Assembly (NCBI GenBank): GCA_034530875.2
Contig: JAVRCJ020000001.1
Coordinates: forward strand, 349,520-413,519
DNA: 64,000 nucleotides
Origin: Nostoc sp. DedSLP01
Lineage (GTDB): Bacteria > Cyanobacteriota > Cyanobacteriia > Cyanobacteriales > Nostocaceae
Direction of reading: 5' to 3'
The notes beneath the pieces were generated by a model. That model was given only the letters and a program-made list of their open reading frames with translations. It had not been told where the DNA came from and searched no databases. This document shows, piece after piece, positions 10,418 to 18,887 of this stretch (position 1 is its first letter; each line of letters begins with the position of its first letter). The position numbers and the translations under genes are program-made.

Positions 10418-10566
10418 TGGGGAGTAGGGAGTAGGGAGTGTGGGGAGATGAGAAGATGGGGAAGTGTGGGGAGTGTGGGGGGAGAGGAGGGAAAGATTTC
10501 TTCCCCATCTTCCCACACCTCCCACACCTCCCACACCTCCTGCTTGCCCGATGCCCAATTCCCTAA
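10418..10566. repeat. Bipartite G-rich/C-rich short tandem repeat element (STRR-like)
   Basis: GGGAGTA/GGGAGTGTG arm followed by a (CCCACACCT)3 arm. Confidence 0.8.
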
Positions 10567-10567
10567 T

Positions 10568-11092
10568 TTATGCAGAAACTAAACGACGTAAAGATTCAGC
10601 ACGGCGTTTAGCAATAGGATTATTTGGAGCAAATTTGAGGGCTTCTTCGTAAGTTTGTAAAGCTTGAGTAGTTAATTTTTTCTTCTCATAAGCATGACCG
10701 AGATTATTTAATGCTGTCACGTAGTCTGGTTTAATTTTGAGTGCTTCTTTATACTGACGAATTGCTAGGTCATATTGGTCTTGAACAAAGTAAACATAGC
10801 CTAATCCATTGTAGATAGGAGCAATATTTTCTTCTCCCTCTTCTTGGGCAGTTTTCAGACCTTTTTGAAATAATGCGATCGCCTGGGAATACAGTTTTTT
10901 TTCTGAATAAATACTGCCCAACTCATAATATTCTTGAGTTGTGCCTTTTTCTTTTTCTAACTTCTTGCGTAATCTCGAAAAAGAGCTTTCAACTTTGCGA
11001 GTTTTGAAAATTTGGCGAAAAACACCTACTACTGTAAGCGCGAGCAAACCCACCAAAATTGAGAGATAAACAACGGCTAGACTGTTATCCAT
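10568..11092 (-). CDS. ycf37: TPR protein, photosystem I assembly factor Ycf37-like
   Basis: N-terminal TM helix plus TPR repeats (YNGLGYVYF, ALNNLGHAYE). Confidence 0.8.
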   Translation of the reverse strand: MDNSLAVVYLSILVGLLALTVVGVFRQIFKTRKVESSFSRLRKKLEKEKGTTQEYYELGSIYSEKKLYSQAIALFQKGLKTAQEEGEENIAPIYNGLGYVYFVQDQYDLAIRQYKEALKIKPDYVTALNNLGHAYEKKKLTTQALQTYEEALKFAPNNPIAKRRAESLRRLVSA

Positions 11093-11204
11093 TGCCTGCA
11101 AATACAAATATTAAAAGTTGCTTCTGTATCTATATTGTCCTTTGTCCTTTGTCATTAGTCCTTTGTAAATACTAATGACTAACGACCAATGACTAATGAC
11201 TAAC

Positions 11205-12020
11205 TTATGGTAAACCCCAATACTGGGCGCGTTGTTCGAGCCAACCTTCTGCTATGTAACGAGCGATCGCTCCATTGACTCGTCGTCTTAACTCATCGTA
11301 CTGCAATCCCTTGGGCATCACCACAGACAAGGGTTCAGTTGATAGCTTAGTTGGCAGTAACCGATATTGGGGATATTGTTGTACCCAACCGCCAAGAACG
11401 CTAGCATCTGCGGCAAAGGCGACAACGGCATTATTTTCTATTTGCTCTCGCGCTTCTTGGTAGGAATTTACTCCTACTAACTCGGCGTTCGGCAAATAAT
11501 ACCGTACTTTGGCAATTGTGCTGGAGTTATTGAGTACGGCAATTTTTTGTTTTGCCAAATCTTTTAACTGCTGCACATTAGTATCTTTTGTAACTAATAA
11601 AGTGCCATCCAGGTAATAAGGAACGCTGAAATTAACTATGCGGGCGCGGGAAGCAGTTGCTGTTACTCTAGCGATCGCTAAATCAACTTTCTTATCTAAA
11701 ATCACAGACAAGCGATCGCGATTCGCCACAGGTTGAAATTTGACAGCATCTTTTTTACCTAACAAATCAACAGCTAAACGCTGTGCCAAGTCAATTTCTA
11801 AGCCTTGCAAATTGCCGCTATCATCCCTAAATCCTAAAGGACGCAAGTTATCTTTAACTGCAATAGTTAAATAACCCCGCCGCTGTATTTCTGGCATTTC
11901 GGCGGCAGATGCAATTAATCCTGTGCCCACAAACCAAAAATAGCAAAGGCAAATGATAGTAGCGGATAATACCAGATGTAACCGACTAATTTTTTGCCAT
12001 CTGTTACATCGGTTATTCAT
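11205..12020 (-). CDS. Amino-acid ABC transporter substrate-binding protein (family 3)
   Basis: GLEIDLAQRLA, VDLAIA and FSVPYY motifs. Confidence 0.88.
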   Translation of the reverse strand: MNNRCNRWQKISRLHLVLSATIICLCYFWFVGTGLIASAAEMPEIQRRGYLTIAVKDNLRPLGFRDDSGNLQGLEIDLAQRLAVDLLGKKDAVKFQPVANRDRLSVILDKKVDLAIARVTATASRARIVNFSVPYYLDGTLLVTKDTNVQQLKDLAKQKIAVLNNSSTIAKVRYYLPNAELVGVNSYQEAREQIENNAVVAFAADASVLGGWVQQYPQYRLLPTKLSTEPLSVVMPKGLQYDELRRRVNGAIARYIAEGWLEQRAQYWGLP

Positions 12021-12032
12021 CCGTTACCACCT

Positions 12033-12389
12033 TTATCGTTTAGCTTGATTGGCTAATTCAGCAACTTTGCCGAAGCTTGCAGGATCGAGTACTGCTAATT
12101 GTGCCAACATTTTACGATTTAGTTGCACATCAGCTTTTTTCAAGTTACCGATCAACTGACTGTAACTCAAGCCGTGTTGTCTTGCAGCAGCGTTGATGCG
12201 AGTAATCCAGAGGCGGCGAAAATCGCGCTTTTTCTTTTTGCGATCGCGATAGGCACTCCGTAGTGCCTTCATCACTTGTTGGTTGGCAGTTCTAAACAGA
12301 GTCGAGTGGGAACCGCGAAAACCTTTAGCTAGTTTGAGAATTTTATTGCGGCGTTTGCGAGCTACGTTACCGCGTTTTACCCGTGTCAT
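12033..12389 (-). CDS. rplT: 50S ribosomal protein L20
   Basis: [30 protein letters not shown]. Confidence 0.99.
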   Translation of the reverse strand: MTRVKRGNVARKRRNKILKLAKGFRGSHSTLFRTANQQVMKALRSAYRDRKKKKRDFRRLWITRINAAARQHGLSYSQLIGNLKKADVQLNRKMLAQLAVLDPASFGKVAELANQAKR

Positions 12390-12410
12390 ATACTTAATTT
12401 CCTAATGGGC

Positions 12411-12608
12411 TTACAAATATGGCAGCATTAACCGCACGTTATCTTCATCGCGTTCGTGTACAAGTGTAGTCTTGGACATATTACGCTTTTTGTTGGAGCT
12501 TTTATGCTCTAAAAGGTGGTTTTTGAAAGCTTTGCGACGGACGATTTTGCCGCTGCCGGTGGCACGGAATCGCTTCGCTGCTGCTTTACGAGTCTTGAGT
12601 TTAGGCAT
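12411..12608 (-). CDS. rpmI: 50S ribosomal protein L35
   Basis: [14 protein letters not shown]; immediately upstream of rplT. Confidence 0.99.
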   Translation of the reverse strand: MPKLKTRKAAAKRFRATGSGKIVRRKAFKNHLLEHKSSNKKRNMSKTTLVHERDEDNVRLMLPYL

Positions 12609-12896
12609 TGTCTAGCTTTAATTCGACACAATCCCTCATTATATACCATTTAAATTGCTGCAATAGCAATTAAATCAATGATTTAAACAACTATACTCCC
12701 CAAGCCCAAAGTCTGTACCTTGCTTCCTCTTTTGCCCTAAATATCTGTCGCGATCGCCGAGCCACGAAAAACTTGATACAATTCACTCTCTCTGCTTCCG
12801 TTGCCTGAGAATAGCTTGACTAAATGTATCAACCTTCAAATTAAACGGGATCGCTAGGGGCGTGTCTGCTTGATTTACCTGAAAGACGCTGGATGA

Positions 12897-14468
12897 TTAG
12901 AGTTTTAAAACTTCCAACTTTTTAGGCAAGCTAGATGTATCAAAATCAATCTTTTTACCAGATCGGTCTAGCATATTCACGACAATATAAAATTGGTCGT
13001 ATTTGTTTGTTTCTGAGAAAAATCTTTTAATTTCGTTTGTTCTTGACTTCCAACCTTGAGAGTAAAGTACAAACTTATTTTTTCCATTGTCTACAGATAA
13101 TAGAGGTACGTATTCGAGTTTAGGTTTCAAGGCAGATTTTTTCTGAGCCACAACAGAATCATCTGTAAGAACATTTGATTGTTCAGCCTTTACCTTTGTC
13201 TGTGCTGACATTAATTGCATTTGAGCTGCTGCGGGAATAGTATCACCAATTACAAAAATTGGCTTATCTTTTGGCTCTAATTGCTGTAGTTTAGTTCCCA
13301 CATCTGTAACTGCGTAAGAGTATTTCTTTGATAATGGGGCAGAATAGGAATAGTGATTGCTAATCACAATAGAAAATATGAAAGATGCTGCGATCGCTAC
13401 TCCTATTTTTTTATTATTTTCTACAAATGATTTTGCCTGTGGTAATATATCTGCGAAGAAGATTGCAATACTAATTGCCACAACAGGAGATAAATAAATA
13501 AAATGACGCGCTGGAGCAGGATTTGGCAGCCAAAATATGTAATTTATTAAAACTACTGGTAAAATAAAAAACAAATTTTGATAACTGCGTTGACGCCATA
13601 AATATATGCAGGATATCAAAAAGATTAAAAGAAATAAAGGATTCAAACCCCAAACAAAGAGTAAGTTACCACGCAAAAAGTAATCAACGTATCTAACAGG
13701 ATTATTCCATAAAAAAAGTTGCTCAAATATTCCACCATTCTTTTGAATATGAATGTATGGAAGTTGAGATTGCATGACTTTAAAAATAATTATTGCCAAA
13801 AAACTATATAAAACCGAAGGAAAGACAATCTTTTTCAAAGGATAGCCTTCAAGAATTAGACAGGCTGGAATCAAAGGAAACATTAGTATTGCATCTAGCC
13901 TGAACATTAAACACAAAGCTAAAGCAGTAACAATTAGTACATCCCATAAAATTAATATTAATTTATTTGCTCCTAATCTCAATGAGCTTAGCGAAGAACG
14001 ATAACTAATCAACGCTAATCCTATGAACATGAATACGACAGCTCCAACCATAGGATGTGCGTATTGTGCAGTTGTCCTCCAGACAGGAAGCAAAATTAGT
14101 AAGATATTTGCGAATAAAGCTATACCGACTCCCCAATATCTTTTAACTAACAAGAAAAAAGGTATGACCATCAAAATGCCAAAAGCTGCATTTATCTGGT
14201 TCATATAGGGAACAATTAAAAGCAAATTCTTTTTAAAAATAGGTCTAAAAAAGTCTACTAATGCATAATATGCAAAAGAGATATCACTGCCATAAAGCCT
14301 TTTACTTCCTAACGGTTTGTCAAACACTATCAAGTCGTTCATACCTAAGATCATCCGGTAACTATCTCTTTCTCCAAATGTTTCTTTGTATGCATTCAGG
14401 CAATAAAAGATACAGGCGAATACTAATAGTAGTAATAGCCCTAAGACGGCTTTATTGTTTTGTTTCAT
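12897..14468 (-). CDS. Polytopic membrane protein, probable GT-C fold glycosyltransferase
   Basis: About 11 hydrophobic segments, acidic ERD motif after TM1, ARHFIYLSP motif, soluble C-terminus; AT-rich. Confidence 0.55.
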   Translation of the reverse strand: MKQNNKAVLGLLLLLVFACIFYCLNAYKETFGERDSYRMILGMNDLIVFDKPLGSKRLYGSDISFAYYALVDFFRPIFKKNLLLIVPYMNQINAAFGILMVIPFFLLVKRYWGVGIALFANILLILLPVWRTTAQYAHPMVGAVVFMFIGLALISYRSSLSSLRLGANKLILILWDVLIVTALALCLMFRLDAILMFPLIPACLILEGYPLKKIVFPSVLYSFLAIIIFKVMQSQLPYIHIQKNGGIFEQLFLWNNPVRYVDYFLRGNLLFVWGLNPLFLLIFLISCIYLWRQRSYQNLFFILPVVLINYIFWLPNPAPARHFIYLSPVVAISIAIFFADILPQAKSFVENNKKIGVAIAASFIFSIVISNHYSYSAPLSKKYSYAVTDVGTKLQQLEPKDKPIFVIGDTIPAAAQMQLMSAQTKVKAEQSNVLTDDSVVAQKKSALKPKLEYVPLLSVDNGKNKFVLYSQGWKSRTNEIKRFFSETNKYDQFYIVVNMLDRSGKKIDFDTSSLPKKLEVLKL

Positions 14469-14988
14469 AAATCAAATCTCAATCCTTGTTATACAACTAA
14501 CCTAAGAGGATGTTTGAAAATTTATGAGAGCGAAAATTTTATGGCAATTGGTTGACTATAATTGAGAAGCAGCCTAACAGATTAACATCTTTTTTGCTTT
14601 AGATAGCTGATTGCAGCCTTGAAATTATTAATTATAATTTTTATTCTCTCAGATAATTAAAAATTACTGCAAAAAATTTTAATTAAGATAACTTATTCGT
14701 GAAAATTTTCCTTTGTTCTTTAATTAACGTCTGTTTTCAAAATTCTTGAAAAACATTTGATAATGTTTTTTGTCAATAACAATGACTAAATCTTTAATAA
14801 AATTTTATTTTGTAAGTTAATAGCTGTATATAACCTTCACTCATTGATTTAAAATCATACTTAAGTAAATATTACATGGCTATTGAGATTTAATTTTAAT
14901 ATTTTAAATGATACGAATTGAGCGAGACAAAAAAACAGAATAATTTTGTCACAAGAGTAAATGTAGCTAAAAACTTCTGTTTTTTGCT

Positions 14989-15146
14989 TTACAGCTATTT
15001 TCAGGTAAATGAACCACATCTTTTTGATCTCACGCAGAGGCGCAGAGGAGGACACTTCCGTGGGCGGGTTTCCCGACTTGAGGAAAGTGTCCGTCGCGCA
15101 GAGAGAAATACAATAGTGTGGTCTAAATAGATGAAAACTGCTGTAA
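14989..15146. mobile_element. MITE-like element carrying CGCAGAGG repeats and a hairpin insertion
   Basis: Imperfect terminal inverted repeats TTACAGCTATTTTCA..ACCACA and TGTGGT..TGAAAACTGCTGTAA. Confidence 0.6.
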
Positions 15147-15152
15147 CTGAGC

Positions 15153-15255
15153 GATGTCTGACGACAAGCCCCTGACGCTCGTTCGCCTTTGGGAGAAGAC
15201 TCGCTCTAAGCGTTAGCGCAGCGTCTCGTAGAGAAAGCTTTACGCTGCGCTAACG
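15153..15255. repeat. Nested small dispersed repeats (SDR-like)
   Basis: Shares modules with 22925-23187 (AGCGTCTCGTAGAGAA; GATGTCTRACGACAAGCC; TGACGCTCG..GACTCGCT..CGCTAACG). Confidence 0.7.
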
Positions 15256-15274
15256 TGTCTACGCTATTCATCAC

Positions 15275-17716
15275 CTACCGACTTATCATCTCTGAAGTGA
15301 CGATACATTGAGGAAATTGCCGCTTTAGCGCCCCAAACACGGGACAAGGTGCTTGTTCTTGCAAATTTTCTGGTTTACTCCAAGTAAAGGGAGCTTTTTG
15401 CGCCGCAGACATCCATAACATAAGTTTGGCTCGTGTCATGGCAACGTAGAGTAAACGATACTCTTCAGATATTTTTAACTGCTTTGCTTGTTCCCATGCT
15501 TGCGTCACATCGGGTATGGTAGATTCTCCGTGGAGGGCAGCACGAATTTGGGCGCGTGCTACTTCTGATAAGGTGAAATCGCCCAAGAACTGGCTTTGGG
15601 GAGGAACCCAAAATCTGCCAGGAATTAAGTTTTCGTGGAGAAAGGGAATAAAAACATAATCCCAGTCCAGCCCTTTGGCTTTATGCATAGTAATAATAGT
15701 CAGTTGACCGCGACGCGTGTAACGTTCCTCTGAATCTTCGGTTTCTACTGGTTCAAACCGTTCAGAACTGACGATTTCACTTAAAGCTGACAGCATTGAC
15801 CTCATTGAACTATTGCTAGCTATCTGCTGGTTTACGCGTTCTGCAAGTTTATCAGCTGTAGCCAATTCGGCTTGGTCGTAATTTAAAGTCAAGGCAAGGA
15901 AAGAAATTAGCTGATATAGGGGCAGTTCTAAACGAGCGCGGAGTAAACTACGACATAAATGTGCGGCTTTTTGTATCGGTTCTGGTTGCGGTGCTGCTAG
16001 GGGGCTGGGATATAAAAATTCTTCTGGTAAACTCGCAAGGGCATTAAGGTCTTGGGTAGGAATTAGCTGACGCTGCACCAATGCTTCTAGTGCGGCTTTG
16101 AGGTAATCAGGAGAGTGGGGGCGATCGCAAAATTGGAGCAATGCTAATATTTCTTGGGGCACATGAGAACGGCGATCGCGTTCTCCCACATCATAAAGTG
16201 TAATATTATGCTCTTTACACACAGGCGCTAAAGCCTCTGCCAGCCATCGTCCTTGACGATTTTCTCGCACTAAAATCGCTGCACTATTTTGTGTTGGATC
16301 TTGGCCAAATAACTCGATCGCTCTTTGAGATAGCAATTCAACGGTGTGATAAATATCCCGTGGAGTGTATAGTTCCAGCCCTCGTCCTGTTGGTGCTGGG
16401 TTAGCGTTAGTTTGCGGGTCGCCAGCATCAACAGGGCGAATTGTCTGCAAGCGAAATGGTACTTGTCGGTTATCAAATGGTGATTGGGGACTGGTGAGTG
16501 GGGACTGGGGGTTTGTTGCTAACCAGTGATTATTGATCCATTTGAGGGCGAAGTTAGCAGCTTCAATAATCATTCTCGTACTGCGACCGGCTCGATCCAT
16601 CGTCGCCAATCGTTGAATGCGATCGCACTCTTCGCAAAATTGCCGAAAATAAATCGGATCGGCTGGGGTGAAAGTCGAGTTAATCGCTTGGTTGGGGTCG
16701 CCGACGCGTACCAAGTTGAGTGCTGAGTGGGGAGTGTGGGAGGGTTGGGGTGATGGGGTGGTGGGGCGATCGGGTGAAATTCTCTCCCCATCTCCCCCAT
16801 TACTCGCCAGAATTTCCAACAACTGCGTCTGTAGGGGACTAGAATCTTGGGCTTCGTCTTCAAAGACGGCGAAAACTTGATTTTGCTCAATGCGGCGGGC
16901 GCTGTCGTTTTCTAAAGCCCGCAGTGCAGCTAAAATCATATCGTCGTAGTCAATGAAGTCGCGCGATCGCATTAAGTTTTGATATTGCTCGTACAATCCT
17001 GCTGCTACACGCAAAATTGCATATTCGTCTGTAATTTGTTGACTCCACTGTTGTAACTTCTCTGGCGATATCCCAGAACTTTTAGCTTCATGAATTACTG
17101 TATTAGCTAACTCTGGTAAAACTTCTGTCCGTAGTACCGATTGGCGACGTAACCTTTCTGTCTCTTCGCCGTCAAATTGATGACCTTCTAATAACCGCAA
17201 ATAAAGCTCTGGATTATTTCCAATCCATTGTTCTACAGCTGTGCGGATTAAACGGTGACTTTGAGTTGGTGTAATTAATGTGGCGTATTCTAACTGCAAC
17301 CCTGATAAATCTGGATGGCGGCTAGCAATGTTCAATGCTAGACCATGCAAAGTAAAAACAGAAAAACCTGTTTGCGGTAGAGATAAATCATCTCGTAAAT
17401 ATTTGCGAATCTTGGCTTTAATATTGGCAGCAGCGGAGCGAGTAAAGGTGACAACCACCAACTGACGGCGCAAAATTGCGGGGGACTGGGCAGAACGCTC
17501 GTACTGACGTGCAAGTGCGATCGCCGCTGCCGCCGCCATCCCAGTGGATTTGCCAGCACCAGGAACCGCAGAAACAGCCAAAGGCCCGGATTGCCAATCA
17601 GCCATTTGTTGCTGTCCGGGGCGCAGACTATTGCGGATGCGTGCGATGGCTTCTGCCCGTAGAGATGATACGGGCGATCGCTGCAATACTTCTGAATCGA
17701 GATGTTCTTGAGGCAC
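15275..17716 (-). CDS. UvrD/REP-family ATP-dependent helicase
   Basis: AVPGAGKS, VTFTRSAA, DEAQD, VGDPNQAI, TMHKAKGLDW, LLYVAMTRAK. Confidence 0.95.
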   Translation of the reverse strand: MPQEHLDSEVLQRSPVSSLRAEAIARIRNSLRPGQQQMADWQSGPLAVSAVPGAGKSTGMAAAAAIALARQYERSAQSPAILRRQLVVVTFTRSAAANIKAKIRKYLRDDLSLPQTGFSVFTLHGLALNIASRHPDLSGLQLEYATLITPTQSHRLIRTAVEQWIGNNPELYLRLLEGHQFDGEETERLRRQSVLRTEVLPELANTVIHEAKSSGISPEKLQQWSQQITDEYAILRVAAGLYEQYQNLMRSRDFIDYDDMILAALRALENDSARRIEQNQVFAVFEDEAQDSSPLQTQLLEILASNGGDGERISPDRPTTPSPQPSHTPHSALNLVRVGDPNQAINSTFTPADPIYFRQFCEECDRIQRLATMDRAGRSTRMIIEAANFALKWINNHWLATNPQSPLTSPQSPFDNRQVPFRLQTIRPVDAGDPQTNANPAPTGRGLELYTPRDIYHTVELLSQRAIELFGQDPTQNSAAILVRENRQGRWLAEALAPVCKEHNITLYDVGERDRRSHVPQEILALLQFCDRPHSPDYLKAALEALVQRQLIPTQDLNALASLPEEFLYPSPLAAPQPEPIQKAAHLCRSLLRARLELPLYQLISFLALTLNYDQAELATADKLAERVNQQIASNSSMRSMLSALSEIVSSERFEPVETEDSEERYTRRGQLTIITMHKAKGLDWDYVFIPFLHENLIPGRFWVPPQSQFLGDFTLSEVARAQIRAALHGESTIPDVTQAWEQAKQLKISEEYRLLYVAMTRAKLMLWMSAAQKAPFTWSKPENLQEQAPCPVFGALKRQFPQCIVTSEMISR

Positions 17717-17996
17717 AGTAACAGTAGGTTTATTCTTTTTGAATATAGCGGTTCTTGCGCTTTGTGTGTAACTTTGCGTCTCTAGGATGGGGGAGTTTGA
17801 CGTTTTGATTTGAACCTCAAAGTTGCACCTTTGAACTCGAACTTTGAGCCTTTTAACTCCAAAACTGAAATTTCAATCTTAGTATTACTTACGCAAAAAC
17901 CTCTCAAACTCTTATTCCTTTGTGTCCTCTGTGGTTAGATTTTCCTTGACGCACATTAAAATAAAATTATCCTTAACTTAATGCTTATCTAAGCTC

Positions 17997-18581
17997 ATGT
18001 CATCTCTTACAGAAGGACTCCATCGAATATTTGTTTGGTTAGATGAACACTATCCAGACATTGCTTCTTCTTTATCACCAGGATTAAGTTATGGGGAAAT
18101 AACTAAAAAAATCGCAGATTTACCCTTTAAACTATCACATGAAGTTTACGAAATTTTCCAATGGCGTAATGGTAGCCAAAATAATAGTATTTTTGGCGGG
18201 TCATCACTTTTTTCTCTGAATGGAGCGCTGACATTATATCAAAATTTTGAAGACTATTTTCTCGATTCAGATATCAAAGCATTCCCTATATTTGCTAATG
18301 ATAATAGTGCAGAATATTATTTTGCAGTTTGTGAGACTTTAAAAGAATTGCCAATAATTACAATTGGTTTCGACGAGCCAGAGATCATTGTCAAATACAC
18401 CAGCCTTACTAACATGATTTTATCAATTGCAAATGCTTATGAATCAAAGGTATTTATTCGTGATGAAAGGTATGAATATATGAAAATTATCAACCCTGAT
18501 TTGTTTCAATCTATTCGTTATAAATATAATCCTAAAAATAAAGTAGATCTACTTTACGAGAAGCAACTGATAATTAGATAA
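17997..18581 (+). CDS. SMI1/KNR4 (SUKH) family protein
   Basis: WLDEHYP..LSPGLS..LPFKLSHEVYEIFQWRNG. Confidence 0.8.
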   Translation: MSSLTEGLHRIFVWLDEHYPDIASSLSPGLSYGEITKKIADLPFKLSHEVYEIFQWRNGSQNNSIFGGSSLFSLNGALTLYQNFEDYFLDSDIKAFPIFANDNSAEYYFAVCETLKELPIITIGFDEPEIIVKYTSLTNMILSIANAYESKVFIRDERYEYMKIINPDLFQSIRYKYNPKNKVDLLYEKQLIIR

Positions 18582-18887
18582 TTATAAATTCAATTTATTT
18601 AGAATAATAACAACTCACCTGCATTTATTAGCAAAGTTTAATACTTATTCATCGCTAATTTGCTGATTAGCTTGTCTAGTTGCATAGGATGTGACTCAGT
18701 ACCCCTATCTATGGCATTGTTTTTTCAAACTGATATGACATCGCTGAGAACATAGATATAAAAATTTACATTATATGACCACTTAAACACTGAGTACACT
18801 GATTTCTGGGTAAACTAAAAACAGCACTGGCTATCGCAGCAACATCAGGCTTTTAGCTCATCACAGAAACTCGAAGGGGTATACAAA

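Noticed and set aside
10361..10652. Short ORFs 10361-10558 and 10464-10652
   Set aside because: Low-complexity translations of STRR repeats
17770..17875. Possible IS200/IS605 end and degenerate 21-bp repeats
   Set aside because: Too short and degenerate; no transposase remnant
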